A stretch of 49,540 nucleotides of DNA from Neoconidiobolus thromboides FSU 785 (taxonomy: Eukaryota > Fungi > Entomophthoromycota). Numbering within the stretch: the first letter of the stretch is position 1; each line of letters opens with the position of its first letter. The notes below the pieces were generated by a model. The model was not told the DNA's origin. It saw only the letters and a list, made by a program, of their open reading frames with translations, and did not search any database. Location of the stretch: assembly GCA_025603075.1 (NCBI GenBank), contig MU626403.1, positions 1 to 49,540 on the forward strand, written 5' to 3'. Positions 1 to 10,899 of the stretch are shown here, in pieces. A program made the translations under genes and the position numbers.

Positions 1-447
1 TTCTAATCTTCTTAAATTAAACAAAAATTCAAGAATTATTTCATTAAAAGCTACAAATGTTGTACATTAAAGAAATTGTTATATTACTTAATAAGAGTTT
101 GATTATACAAACAGTAGATTAAACTAATATAAAGTTTGTATTTTAATTAAGCTTTATTGTATTGTTAATAATAAAAAGGTGTTATTATACAAAGCAATCA
201 ATTACAACAAAATATCTTTTAATTTGTTAATTGTACATAATCTAATTTAACAATGATATTATTAGTGATGGCGTGAGTTATTTTTGTAAAAAGTCTAGTA
301 AATAGTTTTATAAAGTTATTTAATATAATATACTTAAAGTATAAATTTCGAGTACTAATTAGTTATTTTGAAATAAAAATACAACCATTGAGTTGGAAAT
401 TAGTATGATAATATAAATTAGCTACTATATAACTGAACTTTGTCAGT

Positions 448-541
448 TGAGATGTATTTTTACGAATTTACTAATAGTTTTTCTCTCTAAACAGAGCACT
501 TAGAATAGAAAAAAATGAAGTCAAGAAAAAAATACAATGTA
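448..541 (+). mobile_element. Degenerate copy of ~100-bp MITE-like element (copy A)
   Basis: tgagatgtattttt...aatttactaatagttttt...gcacttagaatagaaaaaaatgaagtcaagaaaaaaatac aligns with the better-preserved copies; termini decayed. Confidence 0.6.
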
Positions 542-1398
542 ATTTCTTTTGAACTTGAAGTTGAATAAAGGGTAAATAGAATATAGTATAAAAAATATCC
601 GATTAAGATTCTTCTAGCTCTTTCAAGATTAAAATAATTCTTCTCGAACTGTTTTAAATAAATACAATGATGTATAATATTTTTTAATTCATATGATAAT
701 TAGTGTTTGGCTTATATCTTTTATAAGCATTAAGATTTGTTTCATGGATTAATTCATATATTAAAGACAAAATAACAATACTTACTATGTAAGTAATATA
801 ATATAACGTTGAATCCAGATAATTTAAATTTTAATAATTTTAATAAGATGACAACTAAATTTGTATTTTGAACTATTAATGTAAATAACATTACTAAGAA
901 TTGAATGCTGAGTTCGAATGCTTAATGAATTTCTAATAAATTTTATTTAATAAAAGCCATGATCTAATTTGAAAGTAGCAAATAAAAGGGCCACTCGATT
1001 AGTCCATTTTCTATATTTGTCTTTTAGTTTAATTTTAAAATGAAACTATCATAACTTCAAGATTATTCATTGCTTTTAACAATGCCAAATTGACTTTAGG
1101 GAGTTGAATGATAAAATTAATAAACAAGTTCGATATTGAATCTCAACTTTGATTCGATATTCACACCTTTTTAGATCTTTTATTAACCAATTATATGAAT
1201 CAATACCCGCAGCTAAGCCGGTGTAATTGTCGGGTCCATTAAATTCCATATCCCGAAAAAATATTCAGCAAAGGAGAACTATGATTGGCTAAGGTTTAAC
1301 TTTATTCCGGGCAATAAATATAGAAAGTGATAAGCAATAGTATTTAATTTTTAGTTTTTTAGTTTATTTCGACATTTTATTTAAATTTATTTACTATT

Positions 1399-2666
1399 AT
1401 GTGCTCTGTTGAAAAAGGATTAGAATTGTTAATGGAATCTATTGACGAAAAAAGAAAGATTGCAGATAACACTGTGTCATTACCTGAAAAAATAGTTGAT
1501 GAAGATGGTAGGTTTATATATTCAATAATAATTTTATATAACCTTAATTAATTAATAGATAAAGATGCAGATGGAGAAGGTTCTGAAGAAAAGGCCCGTA
1601 AAAAACCTGGACGTAAACCAGCCACTTCAGAGCCAACTAATGTATGTTTGAATACTTTTAAAGTTAGAATCAATATTAATAATTTTAGAAACGTGTTGCC
1701 CAAAACAGAGCAGCACAAAGAGCGTTTCGTGAGCGTAAAGAAAATTATGTTAAAGTTTTAGAAAGCAAAGTTGAAGATCTTGAAAAAGCAAACAAACAAG
1801 CCAATGAAGAAAATCAACAATTGCAAGAAAAACTGGCCTATTTTGAGCAATTGACCAAAAGAGCAAAAACAGGGTTACCTGAAACTTTCGATAGTAAAAA
1901 CTTAAAAGATTCAGATTTAAAAAAGGAAAGTGGAGCTCAAGCAACTCCAGAGACTGAGAGATCTTCATCCGCTGAATTACCTTCTTCTACTAGCTCAGAA
2001 TCAGCCCAAAAGAAAAGTTCATCTCCGGATGAACAAACTTCAGACACAGTAAACACAGGTTATTCTACACTTCAAACGCCATTAATTAGTGATGCACTTC
2101 CTCATGATGCATTTGCAGCTCTTCCTTTAGATTTTAATTCTACCCCACTTCTTGGATTCTCTAATGATGCTGCTTATAATTCTTTAAGTTATATGATGCC
2201 ACCTTTATATAATGATCCACTTTCTAACTTAATGCCTTCACTTACAGATAATTCATACCTTTTACAACCAAATCTCGATCTTTATAAACAACCTGTTTAT
2301 GATCCTAGTTTAAACTTTGGGGTTAATCCAGGATTAGCAGGTTATAACCCACTTGATCCAACTGGACTTGGAAATTTAAATTATATGAACTTTGACCCAG
2401 TTTTATTTGCAGATCATGCTTTAGCTTATGATCCATTATCTGCAGGAGTTTCTGGGGATACTAATAAGAGCGATCCATCTATTGCTCAGGGACAACAATT
2501 TATGGAACAACAATTTAAGGATTATGTTGAACAAACCCAACTTCCAAAAGAAGAATTTGATTTTGATCTTGACAATCTTTGTTCTATTATGAAAGAAAAA
2601 GCCACTTGTAGTGAGGCTAAAAAGAAATTTTTAAATGCCTACTGTAATAAGCCATCATCATCTTAA
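1399..2666 (+). CDS. Yap1/Pap1-like AP-1 bZIP transcription factor (paralog 1), 2 introns
   Basis: Spliced reading MCSVEKGLELLMESIDEKRK...KKPGRKPATSEPTN|KRVAQNRAAQRAFRERKE (Yap-type basic region). C-terminal DLDNLCSIMKEKATCSE resembles the PAP1 cysteine-rich domain. Introns gtaggt..ag and gtatgt..ag. Confidence 0.9.
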
Positions 2667-3146
2667 ATCAACAAAGTAGATGAGTTTCTCAGTTATGTAT
2701 AACGATATTTCTAAAGTATAATGTAGTGAGATTCATCTAATAACTATTTCAGTTATTTTTTATTGTTATTAGGGATTCAATCTTTAATAATCTGTTCTAA
2801 TAAATTCCCCATTTAATATGCCTTAAAAATCCTAAAGATAGCATTTTTAAGTTATCTTTATATAAAAAATATCTTTATCCGTATCCAGTATAAAACCTTT
2901 ATTCAAATAAATTTTTTTTATTACTTTTTATTCATTTAATATCATTTTATTCTTGCTTACGTACATTTGTATAACTTATAATTTAGTAAAAGCGACATGA
3001 GTCATTTTAAGATTTATTAGTGATCCTTAAATTTTAATTATTTAGGGAATAAAAATAGAAATAAGGAAGCATCGCATTTAGCTATATTGAATTCAAAGAT
3101 ACTGTGTTTAAGTTTGTGGTTAGTTTTAGATTGACAAAAGAGAATA

Positions 3147-3247
3147 TGGGGCTGTGTTTTTGTGTTTAAGAATTTTACTAACAATCTTTCTACTCAAATA
3201 GTGCTTAAAAGATAGAAAAGGTAATGAAGTCAAAAAAAACACTCTCA
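3147..3247 (+). mobile_element. MITE-like element (copy B)
   Basis: TA-tggggctgtgttttt ... aaaaaaaacactctca-TA; 101 bp; shared core aaatagtgcttaaaa. Confidence 0.8.
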
Positions 3248-3634
3248 TATTGTATAATCTTAAAATTGAATTTACCGAGTAAGAATACTTACAAAATTTT
3301 ATTCTTGAAATTGCTATTCATTTAAAAGAAAGTAAAAAATACTTTTAAAATTTAGTTATTTTTAATGAACAATACCAAGAACTATATTTTATATCTTTAA
3401 TTTAAAACGACCAAAAATGATAATAGTAGTGGTAATTTGAAAGTTTGATATGAATAAACATACTATTAATTTTAATTAAAAAAAACCCGATACATTTAAA
3501 ACAAACTAATAATAGTTTCTTTTAGACCCCAAAAAGTTAAAATATCAATTAAAAATTCTATTAAAAGTCTCATAATATTAATCAAAGATCTACAAATGCT
3601 ACCAAATTAAATATACTAATAAAAAGGCTTTAAC

Positions 3635-4430
3635 TTAATGATTAGAAATAGTAGGTGTATTAGATCCAAATGTTAAAGGAACAATGAACTCATTAGTAGA
3701 ATCCACGTGAATTTCTTCCAACTGATTAGCTAACTTAATAGATAAATTGTTTAAACTTTCCATTTTACGTCGGTTATTAGGACTCAATGTCATTCCTAAC
3801 ATTTGTTCTACTTTATCTTCTCTAGCTTCCATGTTTGTATTATTGTGACTTGATGATAATGGTAGATCGAATAATTGACTTAATCTCTTTTGATCTTTAT
3901 CTAAAAGTTCAAATTTACTTGTGTCATTGATCGCTTGTCTAAAAATTTCATTAAATCCAATTTTTAAAATTAAAAAAATTAATTACTGATATTCTTCGGA
4001 ACGTAAATTACCATCTTGTATTTTAACCCTTTCAATTGAATGAATACGCGAAATATCAATAAGATTCCTAATTAACCATTTAATGTTATAATATTATAAC
4101 ATTATCTCTGTTTTACTCTGCTGTTTTTTGAACAATTTCATTCAACGTTGCTGCTTCTCTTTCAAGTATTTCCGCTTCATAATTTTGAGCTTCCATGTTG
4201 GGTTGACCGCTAATTAATATTAATATCTTATTTTAATAAATTAAAACTCTGTTTACGCTAAGGGTTCTGTAATGGGGTTACTACTACTTAGTAGATGAGT
4301 ACTTTCATTAGGCTATAAAGAGAGTTAATTCACTTTTAAACTTATTTAAGACTTTCTATTGAAAATACAATAACTAATGAACTTATTAACTTACCTCTGA
4401 GTTATTTGCTTTACTTCCACAACATCCCAT
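3635..4430 (-). CDS. LAMTOR1: LAMTOR1/Meh1(Ego1)-like vacuolar/lysosomal Rag-GTPase anchor, 4 introns
   Basis: Exons splice to MGCCGSKANNSE|PNESTHLLSS...EREAATLNEIVQKTAE|NLIDIS...: N-terminal Gly/Cys-Cys lipidation motif, acidic dileucine ESTHLL, and the conserved LxxIVxxTAxNLIDI block. Ends in ORF 3635..3832. Confidence 0.75.
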
Positions 4431-4767
4431 CTTTAGTATTGAATTTAAGAATTATTAGTTATATGAGAGAGATAAGTTATATTTTAGTCTACTATGAGAC
4501 AAATTTCGATCCTTTAAACCAATCATTTTCTAGCTTTATTATTCAGTTGAAAATAAATTTTAAGAGTAAGTTGCTATTTTAAGGTTAGAAACATTCGATT
4601 TGCTTTTAAATTAACTACTCTAAATTAAAGTAGGAAATGAAAGTGAGTTATCAAGTGATATTTTATAAATATAAATATAAATATTATTAAAAGTACTAGA
4701 TTAATTATTATATATATTAATATTTTATTAAAATTTAAAGATTATATAATTTTAAATCGGTACAAAC

Positions 4768-6606
4768 TTAATGTAAACCATTAGAAACTGGAGAAGAAAT
4801 TGCATAATCACGTTGTGATTTCTCATCTAAATTAGTGAGATAAAAGGTATTTGGGAAAAGGTTATCAAGGGATTCTTGAGGTTTATAGGGGTGTAGATGA
4901 TGAGTAGTTTCTCTTAATTGCATGACCTAATTGGTATTAAAATTTAGTTTCTCTTAACAACATTAATATATTAAGTTACCTTATCAAATTCAGCAGGCTC
5001 AACCTTAGTACGAGATTCTAATCTATTCCTTAATGCAATCTTGTCAGCTATAGCTTGTACAGATCCCACTATCGTGAAAGAAAACAAGGAAGAGGCTGAT
5101 CCAGATCCATAAGAGAAAATGGATACTCTTTTATTCAACTATATAAAAAAAGATAAATATATTTATTAAATTAATTATTAAATTAAATTACCAAATCTTC
5201 ACTGGGGATTTCACATAATAAAGAGACAAGACCTCCATAAACGGAAGCAGTATACATATTACCAAGTTGACGAGCTGCTAATAAAGTTGGTGAGACTTTG
5301 CTTCCAAATTCTTTCTTTGAATAGTTAATAAATGCTTTTTCAACTAATTTATTGGCATAGGTATCCTCACGTTTAAGGCTCTAAATTATCAATTTTAAGG
5401 AAAATACTAATTAATTCGTAAGGTAATTTACCTTAAACTCTTCAGCACCAGCAAAACGTGGGTCATTTGGGTTATCTAAGAAATCATTAAAAGCCTAAAA
5501 ATCAGTTAAATCATATTAATTCAAGTGTAGTAAAATACTTACAAATCTTCCATAGGATTTTTGCACTAATTTTGTGTATGGAGAATGGAACAAAGAGTAA
5601 TCAAAATGGTCAGTTGTTACTTTAGATCCGGGATTCTAAAATAATTGAGTTAATGTATTTAACTAAAAAATGATTTGAGTTTACCTTTGCTTCAAATTTT
5701 TTCTTGTAAAGAGAATAACAATTATCAACAGAACGAAGATAGCATTCAACGGATAAAACGCCATTTACGACTGGATATTCAGACATAAGATCAGGCTTAT
5801 AAAAATCATAAACATGTTCCATATGGGAGGCTCTAAGTCCACGATCAAAAACAATTGGTGCATTTTTACCAACCAACATAGCAACAGCACCACAGCCACC
5901 AGTAGGTCTAGCAGGGCCTTTGTTGTAAACAGCAATATCTCCGCAAACTACTAAAGCATAGCGACCATCCCAATAGCTTGACTCTACCCAAGAGATAGCA
6001 TTAAATAATGCTGAAGTACCTCCATAACAAGCATTAGTAGTATCAACTCCTTCAATATCATAATTTCCACTTTCTTTAAATAACTCCATTAAAGCAGTCT
6101 TCACAGACTTTGATTTATCAATAACAGTTTCAGTTCCTACTTCCATTCTTCCAATGTTTTTATAATCAATATTAAATTTTTCCATAAGGGATTTTACAAC
6201 TATTCAAAAATGAGTATGGCTTAATAATAATAATATACTATATTTCTTACCAGTAAGACAAATTGAGTTAATATCTAAAATAAATTCAATTAAGTTTAAG
6301 CTATTATTACTATTATTATCTATTTACCTTCTGAATCCCCACAGAAAGCCATATTTGTTTGTCCTAATCCAATAGTATATTTTCCTGCAGATACGCCATC
6401 GAATTGTTCTACACAAGTATTTAATAACTATCTAAGATAGAATTTGAGTAAATTTACCTAGTTCATCTTGAGCAACATACTATAATAAATAAATTATTTA
6501 GTACTTGTTTAACATAATAGTCAAAATAACTTACTCTTTTAGGGAAATAGATATCGGCAGCAACGATACCAACATTTTCGGGGTAAGAGTTAGCTTCAGC
6601 AGTCAT
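4768..6606 (-). CDS. ERG13: Hydroxymethylglutaryl-CoA synthase, multi-exon
   Basis: [14 protein letters not shown]...; [17 protein letters not shown]; catalytic NACYGGT; FSYGSG; last exon ends SNGLH* at 4768. Confidence 0.95.
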
Positions 6607-7709
6607 TATGATATTAAATTTATTTTGTTTTAAAAGTTTAAAAAAAGTAAATATCACTCTCGGTAATTACCAGGTTTAAATAGTAGTTCTATTTAAAATT
6701 GTGATTCGATTTTAAATTTTTTTAATTTGTCGGCTACTTTCACCAACTTTCACACCCAGAACGTCCAATCATATCAAATCAGATATCATCCCATTTTTCC
6801 TCATAACAGGTTGATTAAATTCATATCTCTTTATTAAGAAAAATGGTAAGATAACCCTTTCTTTTTTGAGATTTTTGACCAATTAAAAGCTGTTCAACTT
6901 TAAATAGGTTTGTTAGTTTAATTTTTAATATTTCAGTTTATTTATCGTACCATTTTTTATTCATTAATTTTTATTATAAATTATAATTCAATGATAAGAG
7001 GAATCACATTATTTTTGATTTAGGGGAGTCAAATTGCAAGCTTCATATAATGAAATTGTATTATCTTTTAAAAATAGGATGGTTTCATAACAAACATCCT
7101 TTGGAAAGCTGAAATCATTTCATTATTTTGATAAAAATTAGATAAATAATGTTCTATTTGTTCTTAAAAGCTCGAATGTCAAAACACTTGTCTTCATTCA
7201 ATTAAAACAATTAATTGAGAAATGATATGTGGAGAAAGTTCAAAAAGAATATGTTTTTCATAACAAAGTAGGAATAAAATGCTACCAATGCGGCTATTTT
7301 CAAGGTTTATATATTACTCGGCTATTGGTATCATGTTATCTCTTACATATAGCTTTAATTTCATCAAGTATCATGCTCACTTTATAAAAAACGCTTTTAT
7401 TTAACATAGAATTCTTTAATTAAAAGATGAATTCAAATTTCGCAACTATATTAATAAAAAGTTATTATAAGGAGAGTTAAAAACTAAATAAGAAGATGGC
7501 CTTAAATTTAGTTTTAATTAATGGCATAATATTTGGTGCGTTAAGCTAATAAATGGTTACTTGTAAGTAAATTCATCAAAATACCCAAAAGTATATAGGG
7601 TATAATAAACCCTTAAGGAATAATACTTTATTATCAGTACTTATAGACTGCCGTCAAACTTTAAAATCCTTTCTAACTTTTTGTAACAAGGGTATATTAT
7701 TTAAATATA

Positions 7710-7810
7710 CGGGGATGTATTTTTGTATTTAAGGATTTTGCTAGTAATTTTTCCACGCAAATAGCGCTTAAAAGATGGAAAAAGTAATGAAGCCAAAAAA
7801 AACTCCCATA
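7710..7810 (+). mobile_element. MITE-like element (copy C)
   Basis: TA-cggggatgtattttt ... aaaaaaactcccca-TA; 101 bp. Confidence 0.85.
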
Positions 7811-8440
7811 CATATTTTATATTAATACACCACAATGAGTATAGTTTATTTTGACATGTTTTCTGTTTAGGAATTTAGCTAATAGTTCAAAGTTCAAGCT
7901 ACTTAAAAAGTAAGTAAAATACTTGATGGGTAACAGAATTTCCCATAGCTAAAAGTCAGCTTATAAAGGTTGATGTTTTTTCAAAAATGCTATCAATTAA
8001 ATTCTGGTTTGACATAAATTAGATGAAGCTTTGATGTTATTTAAAAATTCTGGAGGGGCCAGTATCTTCTATGTGTTTTATCGTTGTGAGAAAAGTTAAA
8101 AAATGATAGAATGGTCTATAAAATGATATGAGGAGAGTAGGAAGGAGAATGGGGAAGCAAAGTTATGCATTAAAATTTGATACTTTTAAATCTTTTTGTC
8201 AAACAATCTTAAATAATCTTTCATTCGACATTTTTGACTTGTTAGTATATTTTTAACCTACCGCTTTAAAAAAAACGCTTATAAAAAAACATGATTAACA
8301 TTATGACAATTTAAATAGTTTCATATGTACAAATTTCAACTAACTTATAAAAATTAGATTTGGTTTATTCCTAAAAACCCTTCATTGACTTACAGTAAAC
8401 AAACCAAAACCTTTTATTTAGTTTCATCTTCTATTTTAGT

Positions 8441-9328
8441 TTACACTTTCAAAGCAAACTCTCCGTATTGTGTATTTACTGGAAACTCTTTAGCGTACCT
8501 CCCGTGAAGCTCAAGTATACTTTCGAACCATTTACGTATGGTTTGGTCCTCTGTATCCTCTATACAAGCTTTATAATGGACTGGTGTCATGACCCTTAGC
8601 CATTGTAACAATCCAAATACAATGTAATCACTATATGTAGCTAAACAATTTTTTTAACATTATCAACTACACAAAAACAGTAAAAACCTACGCTTATCTC
8701 CTTCAAGAAATTTATGATTTTTCAATAATTCCTCAATCGGCTTCAAAAACTCTCTTGCCTTAGAGTAGAGCTCTTCCTTAGGTTTTGATAGCTTTCTTTT
8801 GTATCCATCAAACTTTTCCTTGGCCTCCTTTTGATCCTCAGGCTTAAAGGTGTCAAATTCGGTTTCCAGGATTAAACCAAAGAAGGAATAGGCAGAGTGA
8901 CAGTTGACATAATGCTCCAAAAACTGTGAAAGTTGAGTGCCATTGGGGAACAAAGGATTATGCTCATAACGTGCTTCCAAGGCTTGGGCAATGGGAAGGC
9001 TATTATAGACAACGGTTTTATCAGGGAACTCAAGGACGGGAACTTGCTTCCATTGGCCATTGCTAGGAATAGGTTTTTGGTTCTATATTTTAATAGACTT
9101 TAATAGACTTACGTTATAGTTGAAATCGTACTGTTGATCTGTCTGTAAGTTAATTTTTCAATGTCAAAGGAAAGGTTCTAGGATTGAGGTTAATCATAGT
9201 AACTAGAATAAGATAACTGGGCTTACTTTGTGCTTTAAAGCTAATTGAGATCTCCACACAAAAGGAGAGAGACATAGATCATCATCTCCTCCACTGTACA
9301 TTGCATATAATTTGAGTTTTTCAGACAT
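8441..9328 (-). CDS. Glutathione S-transferase, LigE/beta-etherase-like (GSTFuA-type), 3 introns
   Basis: Spliced: MSEKLKLYAMYSGGDDDLCLSPFVWRSQLALKHK|NLSF...|NGQWKQVPVLEFPDKTVVYNSLPIAQALEARY...FLEGDK|PTYSDYIVFGLLQWLRV...RKWFESILELHG...KV*. All three introns are GT-AG and the frame stays open. Confidence 0.85.
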
Positions 9329-10899
9329 TTAAAAAAGACAACTGTAAATACTTTATTTTGGTTTTTTATATTTTTGCTTAATTTTTTGATGATGGAGTTC
9401 AATTTAAAATCTGTCAAATAATAGTTTTTAGAAAAATTTTATAATTGAATTTACCTTATAGGGAAAGTTTCAAGAATTAAGTTACTAAATGATGAAATAA
9501 ATAAAGTAGTTTATTTTAAGAATAAATTTAGAAGCTATAAAAATGCTTTTTCATTGCCTAGAAACCAACGTTTAGTCCTTGCACTATTGAAACGAATGAG
9601 ACGCTAAGGATTCAGCCTTTTGCTTATGAAGCAAAGCTCTCCCTCCTTTAATACTTTTTGAATTTTAAACAGCACATGAAGTAATGTAACCATGACTCCT
9701 GGGTTTTACAAGTTAGAGCTCAACATATAACAAGTTAAATAGATTAAGGCTTTCCACCCTGGCTTACTGAAATTCCACATTTAGTTTAGAAAGATAAAGA
9801 GCGCTCTTATACTTAATATCAGTAAGGTGTTAATACACTGAATTTATTAGCTGAATGATTGGAGAATTATTCAAATAGTGTATCGAAGGAAAAGATGCCT
9901 AAATAATTTAACGGATTTTTTTTACATAAAAAACTACAATACAAAAGATCGGTTTTATACAAAACAAACTTATTGTCATACTCAAAGAGGAACTGCTCAA
10001 ATTCCCAGCGACTGCCAATTACAGCACAAAAATATCGATAGACATGAACTAGCAACAAAAATATGCAACGCGTTTTTGTAGAGAATCGGTCCGCTAGCGT
10101 ATTTAATGATTCATACTTTATTATTATAGGATGTCACTCAGAATCTAAATATAACTGCAGTTTAGCAACCAAAATAGTTAAGAACAGTTTAAAGTTCAAA
10201 TCGTTTGGGCAATTAAAACAATTGAAGCTTTCTTATGACTTGCTATTAAAAAAACTACCCTAGCTTTAAGTTAATGGTGATTTGTATGGTTTGTATTTTG
10301 GATAAAACCTTGTTACACTTACCCAATAATAATTTAAAATGGTTGTGTTGATTACAACTTCGCTAAGTATATACACGTCTGTATCCTAGTACAACTTTGA
10401 TATACACTAAAATAATATCGAAGCATCTGGACCAATGTCCTTGAAAATTACGATAAAAAAAGCTAGATATATTACTAAAATAATATATGCATTAATTGTA
10501 GCATTAAAGTCAATTTTCAGTTGAATTTTTTGGCGTGATTTTTTCCTATCAATAGTTCTAAGTACTAAAAACAAAATCATATAATACTTTTATAGCCGCT
10601 TGTGAAACTTTACTCAATTTAATTTTTTAATTACCTACAATTACTACAATCCAATTTATATTGCTTATGTAATGTTATCAATTGATCATTTTTGGTATGG
10701 ATATTTTTTTCCTTTTAACTAATTATAAGTTTTGTGCCTAAAAATTGAACAAGTTGTTGTTTTTAGAAAGTGCATACTTGAGGCAGTATTTATTTAAATG
10801 AAAAGCTAATCCATTGCTTAAATGGATAGTTATCAGTATTGATATATATTTATACTACATTCTTTTAAAAATCGCTATAAACATTTTTTAAATTTTTTC

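Noticed and set aside
1750-1968. 72-aa minus-strand ORF
   Set aside because: Antisense shadow of the bZIP leucine zipper exon.
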